This document shows, piece by piece, positions 9,008 through 18,071 of a DNA stretch of 45,851 nucleotides. This DNA comes from a virus. Lineage: Duplodnaviria > Caudoviricetes. The translations under genes and the position numbers were made by a program. Positions within the stretch are counted from its first letter, which is position 1; each line of letters starts with the position of its first letter. The stretch spans positions 1-45,851 of IMG/VR virus record IMGVR_UViG_3300005980_000004; one strand, written 5' to 3'. Under the pieces are notes generated by a model. It made no database searches and was not told the origin of the DNA. It worked only from the letters and a program-made list of their open reading frames with translations.

Positions 9008-11131
9008 TTATCCCCTTGGTAGTGCTGTGCTTGGAGTTCCAGGCATCAACATGCTGCGAGTTGGGTCGAAGCCCTGGGTGCCAGTGCGCGGGCGCATAGC
9101 CTCCTTGGCCGCCCGCTGGATGACGACATCGGTCAGCTTCTTGCCGTCCAGGTACAGGTTGATGTTTTGCTCGCCTCCGCCGGACTGCTTTCCGGGCACC
9201 GGGGCAACCATCGGCGACCACGGCTCTTTCGGCTTTCCGCTGTTTCGGTAGTCGTCGGCGAAGGTGGTCTTCGAGATCTGCATGGACGCCGGCAGGATCG
9301 TGTTGGCCCCGGCGATCAGCGTGTTGAAGATCGTCTGCCAGCCGGTCAGGAACACCAGCGCGAAGGACTTGAACGCCCCGCCGATGTCACCATTGAACAG
9401 CTTGATGAAACCGGTCTTCATGTCGCTCCACATCAGCTTCAGCGCCACACTGATCTCAGACCAGTTGTTCCAGAGCAGGAAGGCGGCCGCGGCGATTGCA
9501 GTGACGACCAAGCCGATCGGTGTCATGAGTAGTGCGCGGCCAAGGAACAGCAGGCCCTGGCCGAGCAGCTTCAGCGGCGACAGAAACGCCATGACGATGC
9601 CGCGCAGGAAGCCGGACGTCAGGAACATGGCGACCGCCTTGAAGGCGTCAACCACAAACATGACGAAGTAGGTGCCGAATCGAGCAAGCACTGGGAGCAT
9701 CGGAGCGAGCGCCGTGCTCGTCAGGAAGATCATGGCCTGCCCAAGCAGCACGAACCCGCGCCCGGCAGCGATGATCATGTTGATCAGGCCGCCGGTGATC
9801 AGGAATGCCGACAACCCCATGAAGGCATATGTCAGCGCCTTTACCTTTTCAGGGTTGGCGTTTATCCAAGCGGTAAGCTTGATGACTTCGATGTTCAGCG
9901 CGGTGATTGCTTTTATCGCCAGAGGAAGGACGTTATCCCCCAGTGCCAGCATCAGGTCTTTCCACTTGGCAGCGAGCTGAACCTCCTTGCCGGCAAGTGT
10001 TTTGTCCGTTACTGCCACCGAGGCATCAATGCCAAGGGCCTTGTGTTGGGCCTCAAGCGAGTGATGAAGCTTCGGTAAGTTTTTGTCAATCAGCGTGTAC
10101 ATCGAGCCGCCGGTCGAGCCGAACAGCATGGCGTTTGACTGACCAATCGCCGCATCCGAAGTAATCCCCATGCGCTCATGCATCGGCATGATGACTTTTT
10201 CGTAAAACTCAATTGAGTTCCGGCTAAAAAGATCTGCTTCCTTGAGTGGGTTACCCTTGAATGCCTTGATGCCACCCTGTGAGTTCCAGATTATTTTCTT
10301 ACTGTCCCATATCCCGTTATTCACAAGTTCATGGGCAACTTGATTTGGAATTTTTACAATACCGTTCAGTCGGTTGTAAGCAGTCCTCTGAGAAAAACCA
10401 GCCGTCTGCCCTTTGAGCATGGTGATAATCGGTTCCATCATGGCTACCGCATCATCGCTCATATTCATCGTTGATACGCCGCCGCGCGCCTTGAACTGTC
10501 TCAACTGCTCCCAATCCACTGATCCGCCAGATGTTTGCGTCATCTTCCAGCCGGCATCCGCTAGCTCATTGAAGCGCTTGGCAGACTTCAAGCCGCCAGA
10601 GTCTTCGATGTAACGCATCATGGCCATGCTGCTGGTTTTCATTTTGGCTTGCGATTCTTCGCTTAGGCCAGATGTTGCATAGGCGATCTTCGATAGCACT
10701 GGGGCTGCAATCTTTGCCCCCTCAAGGGCCTCCATGCCTGGCAAGCCGCTCTCACGGAAAACGCCTTGGGCTTCTGTGAAGAGCTTCATGTTGGTTGTGA
10801 TGCTGGTGCCTATCGAGTTCATGCCTTTAACGAAGCGCTCCGACTCGGCATTCACCGAATCAGACATCCCGTACAGGGAGAACTTGGCCATCTCTGTCTG
10901 GAATTTCTTGGCCTCTTCCAGCGGGGCCTTGAACAACCCCGCCAGCGCCAGGCCACCACCAAACATCGCGCCGCCGATAGCAGCCTGCTTGCCGATAGAG
11001 GAAAGCTTGGCATTGAGCTTGTCTGCGTCTTGACCAGCACCCGCCAGGCTTTTACTGATAAGGGCCATGCCGGCGCTGACGTGGTTGATCAGCGACAGCT
11101 TGACAGCGACGGAATAGGCTTCGCCTGTCAT
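9008..11131 (-). CDS. Tape measure protein
   Basis: 707 aa, Ala/Gly-rich with hydrophobic helices and PIGLVV...W repeats; expected position. Confidence 0.85.
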   Translation of the reverse strand: MTGEAYSVAVKLSLINHVSAGMALISKSLAGAGQDADKLNAKLSSIGKQAAIGGAMFGGGLALAGLFKAPLEEAKKFQTEMAKFSLYGMSDSVNAESERFVKGMNSIGTSITTNMKLFTEAQGVFRESGLPGMEALEGAKIAAPVLSKIAYATSGLSEESQAKMKTSSMAMMRYIEDSGGLKSAKRFNELADAGWKMTQTSGGSVDWEQLRQFKARGGVSTMNMSDDAVAMMEPIITMLKGQTAGFSQRTAYNRLNGIVKIPNQVAHELVNNGIWDSKKIIWNSQGGIKAFKGNPLKEADLFSRNSIEFYEKVIMPMHERMGITSDAAIGQSNAMLFGSTGGSMYTLIDKNLPKLHHSLEAQHKALGIDASVAVTDKTLAGKEVQLAAKWKDLMLALGDNVLPLAIKAITALNIEVIKLTAWINANPEKVKALTYAFMGLSAFLITGGLINMIIAAGRGFVLLGQAMIFLTSTALAPMLPVLARFGTYFVMFVVDAFKAVAMFLTSGFLRGIVMAFLSPLKLLGQGLLFLGRALLMTPIGLVVTAIAAAAFLLWNNWSEISVALKLMWSDMKTGFIKLFNGDIGGAFKSFALVFLTGWQTIFNTLIAGANTILPASMQISKTTFADDYRNSGKPKEPWSPMVAPVPGKQSGGGEQNINLYLDGKKLTDVVIQRAAKEAMRPRTGTQGFDPTRSMLMPGTPSTALPRG

Positions 11132-11162
11132 AATGACATTCCCTTTTGTGGTGGTGGATCAC

Positions 11163-11408
11163 ATGGCGAAAAATCAGCGCACGTATGAATGGGTGAATGG
11201 CCGCTTGCATGAAGTGGAGAGCTATCGCCAGGGGATGTATCTCGCCGACCTGAGCGAGCCGAGGCCCTTCATAAAAGTGGAGCGCGGGGAGCGTCTCGGC
11301 ATTCAGGCAGCCCTACTCGTTTTCACCGCTAGCTGCGTGACGATGGTGTTTGCTGGCGGCGCTCTCGCTGTCGTCGTATTCGTTCTCTACTCAGTCCTTT
11401 TCGGGTGA
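11163..11408 (+). CDS. Small membrane protein (moron gene 1)
   Basis: Antisense to the tail operon; GGTGG RBS; long C-terminal hydrophobic stretch. Confidence 0.6.
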   Translation: MAKNQRTYEWVNGRLHEVESYRQGMYLADLSEPRPFIKVERGERLGIQAALLVFTASCVTMVFAGGALAVVVFVLYSVLFG

Positions 11409-11412
11409 ACAG

Positions 11413-11829
11413 ATGAAGAAATTGATCGTCGTGGCGGGAATCCTTGCGGCCCTCAGTGGGTGCGATAAAGTCGACAAGAACATCTGCTGGAGCCCGGAGA
11501 CCAAGACGTCGGTAGGTGCGCTGGTGGCCGCCCAGGGCAGCGATATAAAGACGCTGATCCAGTCCTACTTCGAAATGAGGAATATTCGGGTCTTTTTTGG
11601 ATCGGTAGACGTCAACATGAAGCAGACCGACTTCTCTCTGGAGAGGGTCGACAGCGAGACAGGATCTGCAGATTGCTCGTTTGCTCTGGCTGTTGAAGCG
11701 AAATACAACGCCGGAGCAGCGCTGAACGGGGCCGGACGCGTCAGATTCTCGTCAAGGGTCGGCGAGCATGGGCGCTACATCGCGCTATCTAAGTCGGACA
11801 TCCCGCCCGTCATATCCAGCATGAAGTAA
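11413..11829 (+). CDS. Lipoprotein (moron gene 2)
   Basis: MKKLIVVAGILAALSGC signal peptide with lipobox. Confidence 0.8.
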   Translation: MKKLIVVAGILAALSGCDKVDKNICWSPETKTSVGALVAAQGSDIKTLIQSYFEMRNIRVFFGSVDVNMKQTDFSLERVDSETGSADCSFALAVEAKYNAGAALNGAGRVRFSSRVGEHGRYIALSKSDIPPVISSMK

Positions 11830-11835
11830 GGCGCT

Positions 11836-12321
11836 TTACAGCTTATCGTCATAGCCAAGCGATGCATGGATCGCTCGGCCACCTATAAGTCCGGTCACCG
11901 TCGCCATACCAAGCGTGCGTCGGATGAACTCCTTGTTTGTCAGCAATGCCGGCCCCATCACTGGGCGCGCCGGCATTTTTGACGTACCGAATTCGTGATA
12001 GACCATCTTCTCGTCCGTTGAACCGATAACCGCCTCCAAGGCGCCAGTGGTATGCGTGATGCTGGCCTGCATAGCCCCGCTCGCAAGCAGCGGCGAGTCG
12101 GCGGGGTATCCCATCTGCGCCTTTTGCTCTTCGGTTGAGTCGGCCAGAGCCGCCCAGGCTGTGAAAGGGCCAATCCCTGGCTGGTAATGCCCAATCTCTG
12201 CCTTGGCGGTCGCCTCAACCTTCTTCGCGCACTTCTCAAGCCCGGCGTGCAGACTGGCGAGCAGCGCAACTTCTTGCCCCGCCAGGTGCAGCGCCAGAGC
12301 GCCAAGACTTTTGAATTCCAT
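11836..12321 (-). CDS. HK97 gp10-like tail completion/morphogenesis protein
   Basis: YHEFGTSKMPARP motif. Confidence 0.85.
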   Translation of the reverse strand: MEFKSLGALALHLAGQEVALLASLHAGLEKCAKKVEATAKAEIGHYQPGIGPFTAWAALADSTEEQKAQMGYPADSPLLASGAMQASITHTTGALEAVIGSTDEKMVYHEFGTSKMPARPVMGPALLTNKEFIRRTLGMATVTGLIGGRAIHASLGYDDKL

Positions 12322-12323
12322 GA

Positions 12324-12515
12324 TTATTTGTTCTCATCGAATTTATGCGTGAACCAGTTGTAGGTCGAATTCCCCTCGATCTCTGAAAAGATAATCGAGA
12401 AGGCCATGCGCTCGTAGTCAGATAGCGGACCGCAGTCAAACACCTGATTAAAAGGAACCCCGTTTTTCACAATCCAGCATCTACTGCGGAAATCGGGGTC
12501 CTCTGTCAGTTTTTT
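12324..12515 (-). CDS. -1 frameshift extension of the tail assembly chaperone (gpGT-like)
   Basis: Slippery A AAA AAC just before the TGA; the -1 frame stays open (LTEDPDFRSRCW...NWFTHKFDENK) to TAA at 12324. Confidence 0.8.
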   Translation of the reverse strand, partial: KKLTEDPDFRSRCWIVKNGVPFNQVFDCGPLSDYERMAFSIIFSEIEGNSTYNWFTHKFDENK

Positions 12516-12913
12516 GCGGCGGCCTGCTCAGCGCTGAGCGCCTGGGTAGCGGCTTCCGCTTCGGCCTTCGCTTTGGCGGCCGAATACTCATCAATCAGGT
12601 GCTTCTCGATGGCTGAATAGCCATCCTCGCCCAGCTCAGCAAGCACGGAATCAATCTGCTTGAGCGTTTGCGGCAGGCCAAAACCAACGTCGTCGATAAA
12701 AACGACCGAGGCGATAGGGAACGCAAAGGCGCTCATGTATGGACCGTTCGCAGCAAGGTCACCGCCGACGGCCATGATGATCCGCGACTTTTGCAGGGGG
12801 TCCAGGGTGCGCAGTTGAATCGTGCGCCCACGGGCATCCTGGATCGAAGTGAACTTGGGTTTCTGGTCAACGTGGACCGGTGCGGCGGATTCGGTAACTT
12901 TTACGGTAGCCAT
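12506..12913 (-). CDS. Tail assembly chaperone (gpG-like)
   Basis: Position after tube; ends in AKN at a slippery site. Confidence 0.8.
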   Translation of the reverse strand: MATVKVTESAAPVHVDQKPKFTSIQDARGRTIQLRTLDPLQKSRIIMAVGGDLAANGPYMSAFAFPIASVVFIDDVGFGLPQTLKQIDSVLAELGEDGYSAIEKHLIDEYSAAKAKAEAEAATQALSAEQAAAKN

Positions 12914-12936
12914 GGTGAAAACCTCTGGTCAGTGAG

Positions 12937-12994
12937 TCGTCAAGGAGCATGGCGTGCGGGGTGACGAGTCCCGCGCCCTGCCGGGCTGCCATGC
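12937..12994 (-). promoter_or_regulatory. Candidate structured RNA (three-way junction plus pseudoknot)
   Basis: GCATGGC/GCCATGC closes GCCC-GGCA-GGGC and GCGGG-ACTCGTCAC-CCCGC; loop TCGTCA is complementary to downstream TGACGA. Confidence 0.55.
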
Positions 12995-13002
12995 AAACAG
13001 GG

Positions 13003-13434
13003 TTAAGAAACCTTCACGCGGCGCTGGGCGGTCCAGTTGAAATCCTGCTCAACGGTCTTGTCGCCAGCCTTATCGCCAGCCTTTGAAAGCTGAAGCTGGA
13101 CGGAGGTGTACCGGTAAGTGGATTCACTGCCGTTTGACTCCTTAATGGTCTCCGTGATAGTCGACGCACCTCGCGTTACTCCGCCGAAGTAATCCGCCTC
13201 CCACTGGGCCTGGTAGTCATCGGCCGTCGAGTCTCGACGCTCAATGCTGACTGTGCCCTTCCAGTTCTTGGGAAACGGGGCCTCTTCAGTGATGCCGTTC
13301 AGCGTGGTTACGCTGATGTTGCCGAGGACCGGCTCAGAGGTGAACTTTGTGACGGCGGGAAGGCGAAGTGGGCCATTGGACGTGTTGATGTCAATCGACA
13401 CGTCCTTGCCCATCGTAAAGCCGTTAATTGGCAT
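13003..13434 (-). CDS. Tail tube protein
   Basis: About 143 aa, beta-rich, immediately after the sheath. Confidence 0.8.
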   Translation of the reverse strand: MPINGFTMGKDVSIDINTSNGPLRLPAVTKFTSEPVLGNISVTTLNGITEEAPFPKNWKGTVSIERRDSTADDYQAQWEADYFGGVTRGASTITETIKESNGSESTYRYTSVQLQLSKAGDKAGDKTVEQDFNWTAQRRVKVS

Positions 13435-13446
13435 AACCGATGCTCC

Positions 13447-13471
13447 AAAAAATGCCCGCAATGGCGGGCAT
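13447..13471 (-). terminator. Terminator-like hairpin between sheath and tube
   Basis: ATGCCCGC-CATT-GCGGGCAT followed by a T-run. Confidence 0.6.
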
Positions 13472-13487
13472 GTGGCTTATTGGGCGC

Positions 13488-15041
13488 TTAGGCGCGCGGG
13501 GTGTTGGAGACGGTGACCGACACGGACTGCCCGCCTTCCAGGTTGACCAGGAAGAAGCGGATAACCGACAGGTACTTGACCTGTACGTCGGCCGTTTCGT
13601 AGCCGAGCGCTACCTGTGCATCCGAGTTGTTTCCGGAATCGAGCTGCACCGAAAATGCCGCGCCGCCGTTGACGTCGCCGATCATCCCGGCGTCTTTCAA
13701 GCCCTGAAGCCAGGAAGACATGGTGTTCTTCGCTTCTCGGCGCTGATCAACTGTCTGCAACTTGCCGACTACGCTGCCGAAGTTGGCCGCGATGGTCAGA
13801 GCGAGGTAGTTGGTCATGCGGGTGTAGTTGTCACCGTTGGTGGCCGAGTTGCTGGAGGTGTTCAGCCCAGATCTGCCGCCAAAATACGCACCGCCTGGGC
13901 ACGGATTGGTGATGACGTCCAGGCGCGCAGTGTTGATCGCGCCGATTTCCGCGCTGCTATAGGCCTGGTTTGTCAGGTTGCGCTGGGTGGACACGATGTT
14001 GCTGATTTGCTTGTTCAGGATGCTTAGGCTTGGGTTCGAAGACGCAAGCTTGGCAGCGGCAAATGTTGCAGGGGCAAGCATGCGGTTCTGGGCGTTGAGC
14101 TGGTCAGCCCAGTAGTCCCAGTCCCCAACCATCACTTTCATGCAGTAGTTGTCGACGCCAGCAGTCGTCAGGCTGGCCGATACGGTCGAGTACGAGGCTC
14201 CGGCCGGCCCCTGGGTGACCATATAGCAGCCTTCCTGCAAGCCATAGGTCGCCATGGTTGGCCACTGGGTTGCGTCGGTAACGTCAACCAGGTTGGCAAC
14301 CTGAGCATTGCTGCTACGCAATGCATACATGCCTTTGCGGCCAGTACCCACCACGCCATCGACACCAACCAGAACGGAGTCCGTGATCGTGGTGTTACCA
14401 GACGTGCCAGTAGTGAAGGCGACGGTCTGGGTGGTAGCGGGAGCAACTACAGAGGCGCCCACAGTGGCGATCACCAACTGAGATGCGCCGCGAATACCAG
14501 ATTGGCCGTTGTTGACCGCGCTGACGATGTTCTGCCACAGCGCCAAGCCGGTGCCGGTGATGTTGTCGAACACTTCAGGCGTCAAGCCCGGCAGAGAAAC
14601 GACGAGCTTCCAGCTTGAAGCGGCGGTGCCAGCAGAAAGGGTTGCGCTAAGCTGATTCCCGGTGATGCCGGTGTAATAAGCGGTCAGCGTCACGCCGATG
14701 GCGACTGCGGTGTCCTTCAGGGTTGCTGTGGCGGCGGTGTCGGTCCCGTCAGTGACGCGTACCGCGCGAATGTTTGCTGCGCCAACCTGAATGGAGACCG
14801 AAATCGCAGTGCACAAGTCGTATTTGCGAACGCTTGGCGTGCCGATTTTTTGGGCCAGGTCGCTTGCCGATCCGATCAAGACTGCGCTGTTAACTGGGCC
14901 CCAGTCAGCAATACCGACGATGCCGAGCACATCGGTTGCAATGCCGTTGATGTAGCGAGTCTTTGGTGGAACGATCCCGACGTACAAGTCTGGAGCCGTC
15001 AGCGCCGTTTGGTTCAAACTGCCTGCCTGGTAGATGGGCAT
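13488..15041 (-). CDS. Contractile tail sheath protein
   Basis: 517 aa; APDLYV, GIVG.A.WGPVN and NYTRMTNY motifs typical of sheaths. Confidence 0.9.
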   Translation of the reverse strand: MPIYQAGSLNQTALTAPDLYVGIVPPKTRYINGIATDVLGIVGIADWGPVNSAVLIGSASDLAQKIGTPSVRKYDLCTAISVSIQVGAANIRAVRVTDGTDTAATATLKDTAVAIGVTLTAYYTGITGNQLSATLSAGTAASSWKLVVSLPGLTPEVFDNITGTGLALWQNIVSAVNNGQSGIRGASQLVIATVGASVVAPATTQTVAFTTGTSGNTTITDSVLVGVDGVVGTGRKGMYALRSSNAQVANLVDVTDATQWPTMATYGLQEGCYMVTQGPAGASYSTVSASLTTAGVDNYCMKVMVGDWDYWADQLNAQNRMLAPATFAAAKLASSNPSLSILNKQISNIVSTQRNLTNQAYSSAEIGAINTARLDVITNPCPGGAYFGGRSGLNTSSNSATNGDNYTRMTNYLALTIAANFGSVVGKLQTVDQRREAKNTMSSWLQGLKDAGMIGDVNGGAAFSVQLDSGNNSDAQVALGYETADVQVKYLSVIRFFLVNLEGGQSVSVTVSNTPRA

Positions 15042-15056
15042 GGCTCTCTCCTAATG

Positions 15057-15084
15057 AAAAAGCCGCCTCAGTGGGCGGCTTTTT
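15057..15084. terminator. Bidirectional terminator
   Basis: AAAAAGCCGCC-TCAGTG-GGCGGCTTTTT. Confidence 0.7.
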
Positions 15085-15101
15085 GTGTATGGGTTTGCCT
15101 G

Positions 15102-15308
15102 TTAGGCGTTGGCGACTTTCAGGACGTTACCGACGCACTCGCCAGCCAATACGGAGGCGACTTCATCAGGGTCAGTCAGCACTTGGCCCACTTGGTAGTC
15201 GGCAAAGGCGAACTTGACAGTGAGACTGAACGGTGATTTCTTGGCCTTTGAGGCCGGTGCAGGTGCTGGAGTGGCAACCGCAGTGCTATCTGGAATATCG
15301 GAGTCCAT
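15102..15308 (-). CDS. Small hypothetical virion-associated protein
   Basis: 68-aa ORF in the usual slot before the sheath. Confidence 0.65.
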   Translation of the reverse strand: MDSDIPDSTAVATPAPAPASKAKKSPFSLTVKFAFADYQVGQVLTDPDEVASVLAGECVGNVLKVANA

Positions 15309-15317
15309 TTTTGGGCC

Positions 15318-16139
15318 TCAAGGGTTTCGAGTGGTTGCGGGTGCTCCAGCGGGCGTTGTCGAGGTATGCACCACTGGGGCGATGATCTCGGCAGCCTGCA
15401 TGGTCTGCGTTGTGGCGTAATCGATCATGTAGAACAGGTCGACCCGGTACAGGTCGGCCTTCTGGAGCTGGTCGGTCATCAGCGAGCCGCTTGACCGGAT
15501 GACGCCGAACGACCCGTCGACGAACGAGATGTTGTTGCTGTCGGACAGGGCAGAGTCGAGCGGGCTCACTACTGCATCGCGGGCCGCCGGGCTGTTGGCC
15601 CAGACGATGACCTGCACCGACTGCTCCTGGCGCTTCGTTTCCTTGTAGGCCGTGCCGAAGCCGCCGGCCCTCGCAAAGACGCTGTAGGCGCCCGTGAGCG
15701 TGATAACCGTCCCAGAGCTAGTCGCGCCCGGGATCAGATACGCAAGCGCAGTGGCTGCGCTCGTGAGCGTGTCTGACTGCTGCACGGCATAGACATAGCT
15801 TGTGCCGTTCAGGTTGATCATGATGTTCTGGGCGCTGATCGTCCCTGAGAGGGTCACAACCGACCCTGCGACGGTCATGACAAGCGTGTGGACCGGCGCC
15901 GTCAGCGGAATCCATGAGCGCCCCAGGTAGCGGGTCGTGCTACGGTCCTTGCCGTGCGGGTACACGCTGATGTGCGCAATCCCTGCGGCCAGGTCGGTCT
16001 CAAGCTGTTCGGGTACAGGCCAGCCCGGGTAAACCCGGATCGGGAGCCCGGCAACGCTTGGCTGCCCGGTGCCGCTCGGGTAGACGATGGCCGCGATCTG
16101 GGCTGCGACCTGCTTCAGTACGTCGGTCAGACTCGCCAT
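15318..16139 (-). CDS. Tail terminator / neck protein
   Basis: IRVYPGWP motif; position between head adaptors and sheath. Confidence 0.65.
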   Translation of the reverse strand: MASLTDVLKQVAAQIAAIVYPSGTGQPSVAGLPIRVYPGWPVPEQLETDLAAGIAHISVYPHGKDRSTTRYLGRSWIPLTAPVHTLVMTVAGSVVTLSGTISAQNIMINLNGTSYVYAVQQSDTLTSAATALAYLIPGATSSGTVITLTGAYSVFARAGGFGTAYKETKRQEQSVQVIVWANSPAARDAVVSPLDSALSDSNNISFVDGSFGVIRSSGSLMTDQLQKADLYRVDLFYMIDYATTQTMQAAEIIAPVVHTSTTPAGAPATTRNP

Positions 16140-16336
16140 TACGCCAACTCCCAGTCTTCAGCGGTGAAATCTTCGAAGCTGAAGGCATAGGGATATGAGC
16201 AAAATCCGTTCGGTCCGTGGATTTGCAAGCCGATACCGCTATAAGTGATGTGGGCCTTGCCTTCCCATGAGGTGCGATAAGCGATAGCTGCCGGGCTGCG
16301 CTCGAGATGTTCTTGAAGCTCTTTGCCTGAAGTCAT
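16139..16336 (-). CDS. Divergent DUF2829/Tad2-like small protein
   Basis: YRTSWEGK and SFEDFTAEDW resemble the Tad2 motifs YR.GWNGK and SQTD.LAEDW. Confidence 0.55.
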   Translation of the reverse strand: MTSGKELQEHLERSPAAIAYRTSWEGKAHITYSGIGLQIHGPNGFCSYPYAFSFEDFTAEDWELA

Positions 16337-16338
16337 GG

Positions 16339-16977
16339 TCACACCTGCGCCTGCATGGCCGTGCATCGCCAGCCCATGTCCGTGAGCTCAGCGCTCGAAA
16401 TGATGTATTTGCGGCCCAGTTCGCACCGGATCACGTCACTGGTGCGCAGAACAATGCCTGGATAGGCAGGCATGAGGATCGCCCACCAAGGGGTTCGCAC
16501 ATCGAGCGGCAGCTTGGTGTCGTTCCCCTCGCCTTTCGTGCCCTGCAAGATGCTTGCGGGCCAGCCGGTCATTAGCGGGACCTCTGCGGCCTTGGTGCCG
16601 CCGGAGTAGGCGCCCAAGCCGACGCTTTGGTCCTGCACGGCATGCGTCACGCTCACAACGCGATTCGTCTGCACGCAGTAGATCGGCAGCGTGTCCTGCA
16701 TGGCGGCGATGAAGAACGTGCCTTGCTGGCCGACGAGGAAGTCGCCCGGCTGGCATAAGCGCGCATCGAACAGGCCCAGCCAAGTGGCCTGGCCATACTT
16801 GTTCGGCGCGGAGTAGCTGAAATTCGTGGTGAACGACGCAGGCAGCGTCTGCAAAGCGGTTGACGACAGCGGGTTACTGGCGCTCGTGGCGCGAAATTGC
16901 TGGTAGTCGAAACCGATGTACTTTGCTGCCTTGCCGTAACCTTTGTAGAGCTTGGCCTGGAGCTTTGTGCCGTCCAT
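16339..16977 (-). CDS. Head-tail adaptor/closure protein
   Basis: Position after the connector; 212 aa. Confidence 0.65.
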   Translation of the reverse strand: MDGTKLQAKLYKGYGKAAKYIGFDYQQFRATSASNPLSSTALQTLPASFTTNFSYSAPNKYGQATWLGLFDARLCQPGDFLVGQQGTFFIAAMQDTLPIYCVQTNRVVSVTHAVQDQSVGLGAYSGGTKAAEVPLMTGWPASILQGTKGEGNDTKLPLDVRTPWWAILMPAYPGIVLRTSDVIRCELGRKYIISSAELTDMGWRCTAMQAQV

Positions 16978-16978
16978 G

Positions 16979-17374
16979 TCACCCCCTGGCCAGCGAGGTA
17001 TTGCCCGAGCCACCCAGGCCTGGACCTGGTGGAACGCCGATAAATGCGCACAGTTCACGCCGCCATAGCCGGTACAAGTTCATCCGGTCGTTGACTTCGT
17101 TCTTGTTGTGCACCCAGACGGCAGCCTGGTCGGTATCAAGGTTGTCGGTGGCGCTGGTAACGTCAGTTTCAAGACCCGCGAGCGTTGCGAGGAATATGAC
17201 GACCCTCGCCTCTTCCTCTGGGCGCAGCGTTGCCAAACGATGAAACAAGGTCTGCCAGATGATCGGAGACACCCAGCCGTAGGCCAGATCCCTGCCGCCA
17301 TCCATAGACACGTCACCGGCATACGGATAGCCCGCATAGCGCCGAGTTTCTGCGAGCTGAGTGTCGGTAAGCAT
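16979..17374 (-). CDS. Head-tail connector protein
   Basis: Helical 131-aa ORF after the capsid genes; RRY.GYP motif. Confidence 0.65.
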   Translation of the reverse strand: MLTDTQLAETRRYAGYPYAGDVSMDGGRDLAYGWVSPIIWQTLFHRLATLRPEEEARVVIFLATLAGLETDVTSATDNLDTDQAAVWVHNKNEVNDRMNLYRLWRRELCAFIGVPPGPGLGGSGNTSLARG

Positions 17375-17405
17375 CTGGGGGCGTCCTGTGATGGTGTTGT
17401 TTGAC

Positions 17406-17756
17406 TCAGCCGCCAGCGTTGCCGGACATCATCAGGGTGCAGGCGGCGTTGGTGCCGGTAATTGCCGTCAGCGAGCCGCGCACGTATGGAAATGGCGAGA
17501 GCGTATCCACGTAAACGCCACTGGCGCCGTTGGTGCCTGCTGTGCCGCTGATGGCGATAGTTGTACGCGTCGCCCAGTTGATGCCGTCCATGCTGACTTC
17601 AATGATGACGGTCGCAGTGACAGCGCCAGAACCTGTAACAAAGGCCTGGAAAGCACGGTTCAATGGCCGAGCCTGGAATGCTTGACCGGTGACAGTCGTG
17701 GTTGCGGCGCTGATAACCGTTTCCAGCGCCCCTGCAGTTGGGGTTCCGATCGGCAT
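17406..17756 (-). CDS. Putative capsid decoration/minor virion protein
   Basis: Thr/Ala/Gly-rich beta protein downstream of the coat gene. Confidence 0.5.
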   Translation of the reverse strand: MPIGTPTAGALETVISAATTTVTGQAFQARPLNRAFQAFVTGSGAVTATVIIEVSMDGINWATRTTIAISGTAGTNGASGVYVDTLSPFPYVRGSLTAITGTNAACTLMMSGNAGG

Positions 17757-17758
17757 GA

Positions 17759-18010
17759 TTAAGCCTCAGGTTCAGCGGCCGGAGCCTGTGCTTCAGTCGG
17801 CGCTGGAGTAGCCTCAGGGGCCGCTTCAGGAACAGCCTCAGCAGGGGCCTGATCTGCCACTTTTTTGGTGCGGCGACCGCCTTTGGCGATCTCCTCGACA
17901 ACTTGGTCGTCGTCGGACAGATCGCAAGCATTTATCAGCCGCGAGCCGCCTTCCACCGAGTCATCCACGATTCGCACGACATCGAGCACATCCGTAGAAA
18001 TGATTTGCAT
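17759..18010 (-). CDS. Hypothetical acidic protein with Pro/Ala/Glu tail
   Basis: GGAGG RBS; directly after the coat gene. Confidence 0.65.
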   Translation of the reverse strand: MQIISTDVLDVVRIVDDSVEGGSRLINACDLSDDDQVVEEIAKGGRRTKKVADQAPAEAVPEAAPEATPAPTEAQAPAAEPEA

Positions 18011-18071
18011 GTTTTATCCTCCGCAAAGCGAGTCGGCGGACTATTTTCAAGCCGCCGACTTCAGGCGCCGA

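Noticed and set aside
11100-11134. TTGACA...CATAAT promoter for the moron
   Set aside because: The spacer is 23 bp, too long; only a weak extended -10 reading remains.
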